Shown piece by piece: positions 62,573-64,000 of a DNA stretch of 64,000 nucleotides. The stretch covers positions 272,180,001 to 272,244,000 of the forward strand of contig OZ024743.1 of the NCBI GenBank assembly GCA_964016885.1, written 5' to 3'. Position 1 is the first letter of the stretch. Each line of letters opens with the position of its first letter. The DNA is from Eledone cirrhosa (taxonomy: Eukaryota). Made by a program: the position numbers and the translations under genes. Under the pieces are notes generated by a model. It made no database searches and was not told the DNA's origin. It saw nothing but the letters and a program-made list of their open reading frames with translations.

Positions 62573-63524
62573 TTTCTTTAAATTAATTATTTTTCAAAGC
62601 AGTAATATTTTTCAGCCTTTATTTCAGTGGCTGGAATTATACGATATTTTTATTTATTCTGTCTGGAGCTGAAACGAACAAATCTCAGAAAAAAAGTTAC
62701 ATAGTCTATGACCTTGTACTATGCAGAATTTCACTTACTTAAACTCTAAGTTACACCATGGAACAAACAAACATATATGCATTCGCTTTTATATATTAAA
62801 CTACCCAGTACAGAATGTTCTTATATAATCTCTCTTGCGCATAGAATAAAGTAAATTTGTGAAAGGCTAAGTGGTATATATTGATGGCTTCTTCACATGC
62901 AGGGAATTAGGTAAAAAATGTATTCGTTCTCGTTGTTTAGATGCACAATATGCGGGTAGCAACGTTGGAGTTTAACGTATTTACTTGGGTAAATTATTTG
63001 TTATTAATCTTAGTGATTCATAATCTACGACCGCAGTATGGTAGCCAGGTGCTAATTAACTAGCGTCTGACAGTCATTAGTAACTAATGAAGGCAAGTCT
63101 GCAGCAATTATTACTACGATAAATACATTTGCTTTACACAAATCTGCTTTGCACAAACTTGTTTTCGATGTTTCTTTAATCTTCCTTATTCCATGGACCC
63201 ATTACACTCAAACAACCAGTTATTTTCTGTCTCTTTATCATCTTTTAAGTTAACCAGAAGTTGTCTTATTATGACTTCAAACTTAATTTTGACCACCAGT
63301 AATTCTCAGGGTTGTCAACATGTGATGTACCTATGTAATGAGACTAATGGACCTGCGTCGGTTTCGACGATGCGTATTGCAGTTTTTCGGCAACAGAACG
63401 GCCTACGTGTAAGTGGCTGAGCATTCCACAAGCGGGGGTACTCGTAGCATAATTTTAAAGGAGATTCAGCGTGAAACACTATATGTGATAAGAGTGGTTC
63501 TTTAAATTACAGGTATATCCCATC

Positions 63525-63690
63525 TAACTGGCTTCCAAACAGTTTCTGTCGACTCAATTTCCCTCACAATGCTTGGATCGACTCAAGGCTATGGGGAAAT
63601 ACTATTTTGGATGCCACGCAGTGAGATGGAACCCGGGACTTCCTGATCGTAAACAAAAATTCTAAACTACACAATCTTGCATGCATCCAT
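63525..63690 (-). mobile_element. Old tRNA-derived SINE (family C, paralog near 45610-45740)
   Basis: Reverse complement ggttccatctcactgcgtggc...gaaattgagtcgacagaaactg vs gaaattgagtagacggaaactg. Confidence 0.55.
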
Positions 63691-63704
63691 ATAACTATTC
63701 TAAA

Positions 63705-63978
63705 GTCTGTCTTAAGCCAGAAGGCTCATTTGGCCGGCGCTTATCCCGGTTTCGTGGCGTGAAGCGACTGAAAGTATAAGACGTCCCCATGAACAGGGCG
63801 CCAGTCCATCGCAGGGTTAAACCTTCAGCTATTGCTGGTACTCATTTTCAGCTGAGTATACTGGAGCAACGTGAAATGAAGCGTTTTGCTCAAGAACACA
63901 ACACGCAACCCAGGAATCGAACCCACGACATTATGATCGTAAGTCCAACACCCTTACCACTAGGGCACGTGCCTCCAC
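63705..63978 (-). mobile_element. Full-length tRNA-derived SINE family B
   Basis: Reverse complement gtggaggcacgtgccctagtggtaagggtgttgg...gggttcgattcctggg...ttcttgagcaaaacgcttcatttcacgttgctccag. Confidence 0.88.
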
Positions 63979-64000
63979 TATATATAGCTATTAGCTATTA

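Overview
AT-rich, repeat-dense eukaryotic (animal) genomic DNA. The SINE families, (TA)n abundance and intron sizes suggest a cephalopod, probably Octopus; this is inference from repeat content only. The only well-supported host gene is the 3' half (four spliced exons, 1148-6491, + strand) of an M12B/ADAMTS-like zinc metalloprotease that stops right after the cysteine-rich/disintegrin-like module. The rest is mobile-element debris: Tx1/L1-type, R4/Dong-like, CRE-like and RTE-like non-LTR retrotransposon fragments, Penelope-like elements with hammerhead-ribozyme motifs, mariner, hAT and piggyBac-like DNA elements, and many tRNA-derived SINEs. There are also microsatellites and a 13-kb block of GT-rich minisatellites (31.9-45.2 kb) that produces very long low-complexity ORFs. 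Most noteworthy: hammerhead cores with large structured stem-II insertions, a recurring pattern of fold-back inverted duplications abutting (TA)n tracts, a transposon-like element carrying two convergent Pol III-type units, microsatellite-flanked Tx1 copies, and a 7.2-kb Thr-rich frame bounded by in-frame splice-like signals. All calls were made by eye; no database search or folding computation was run.
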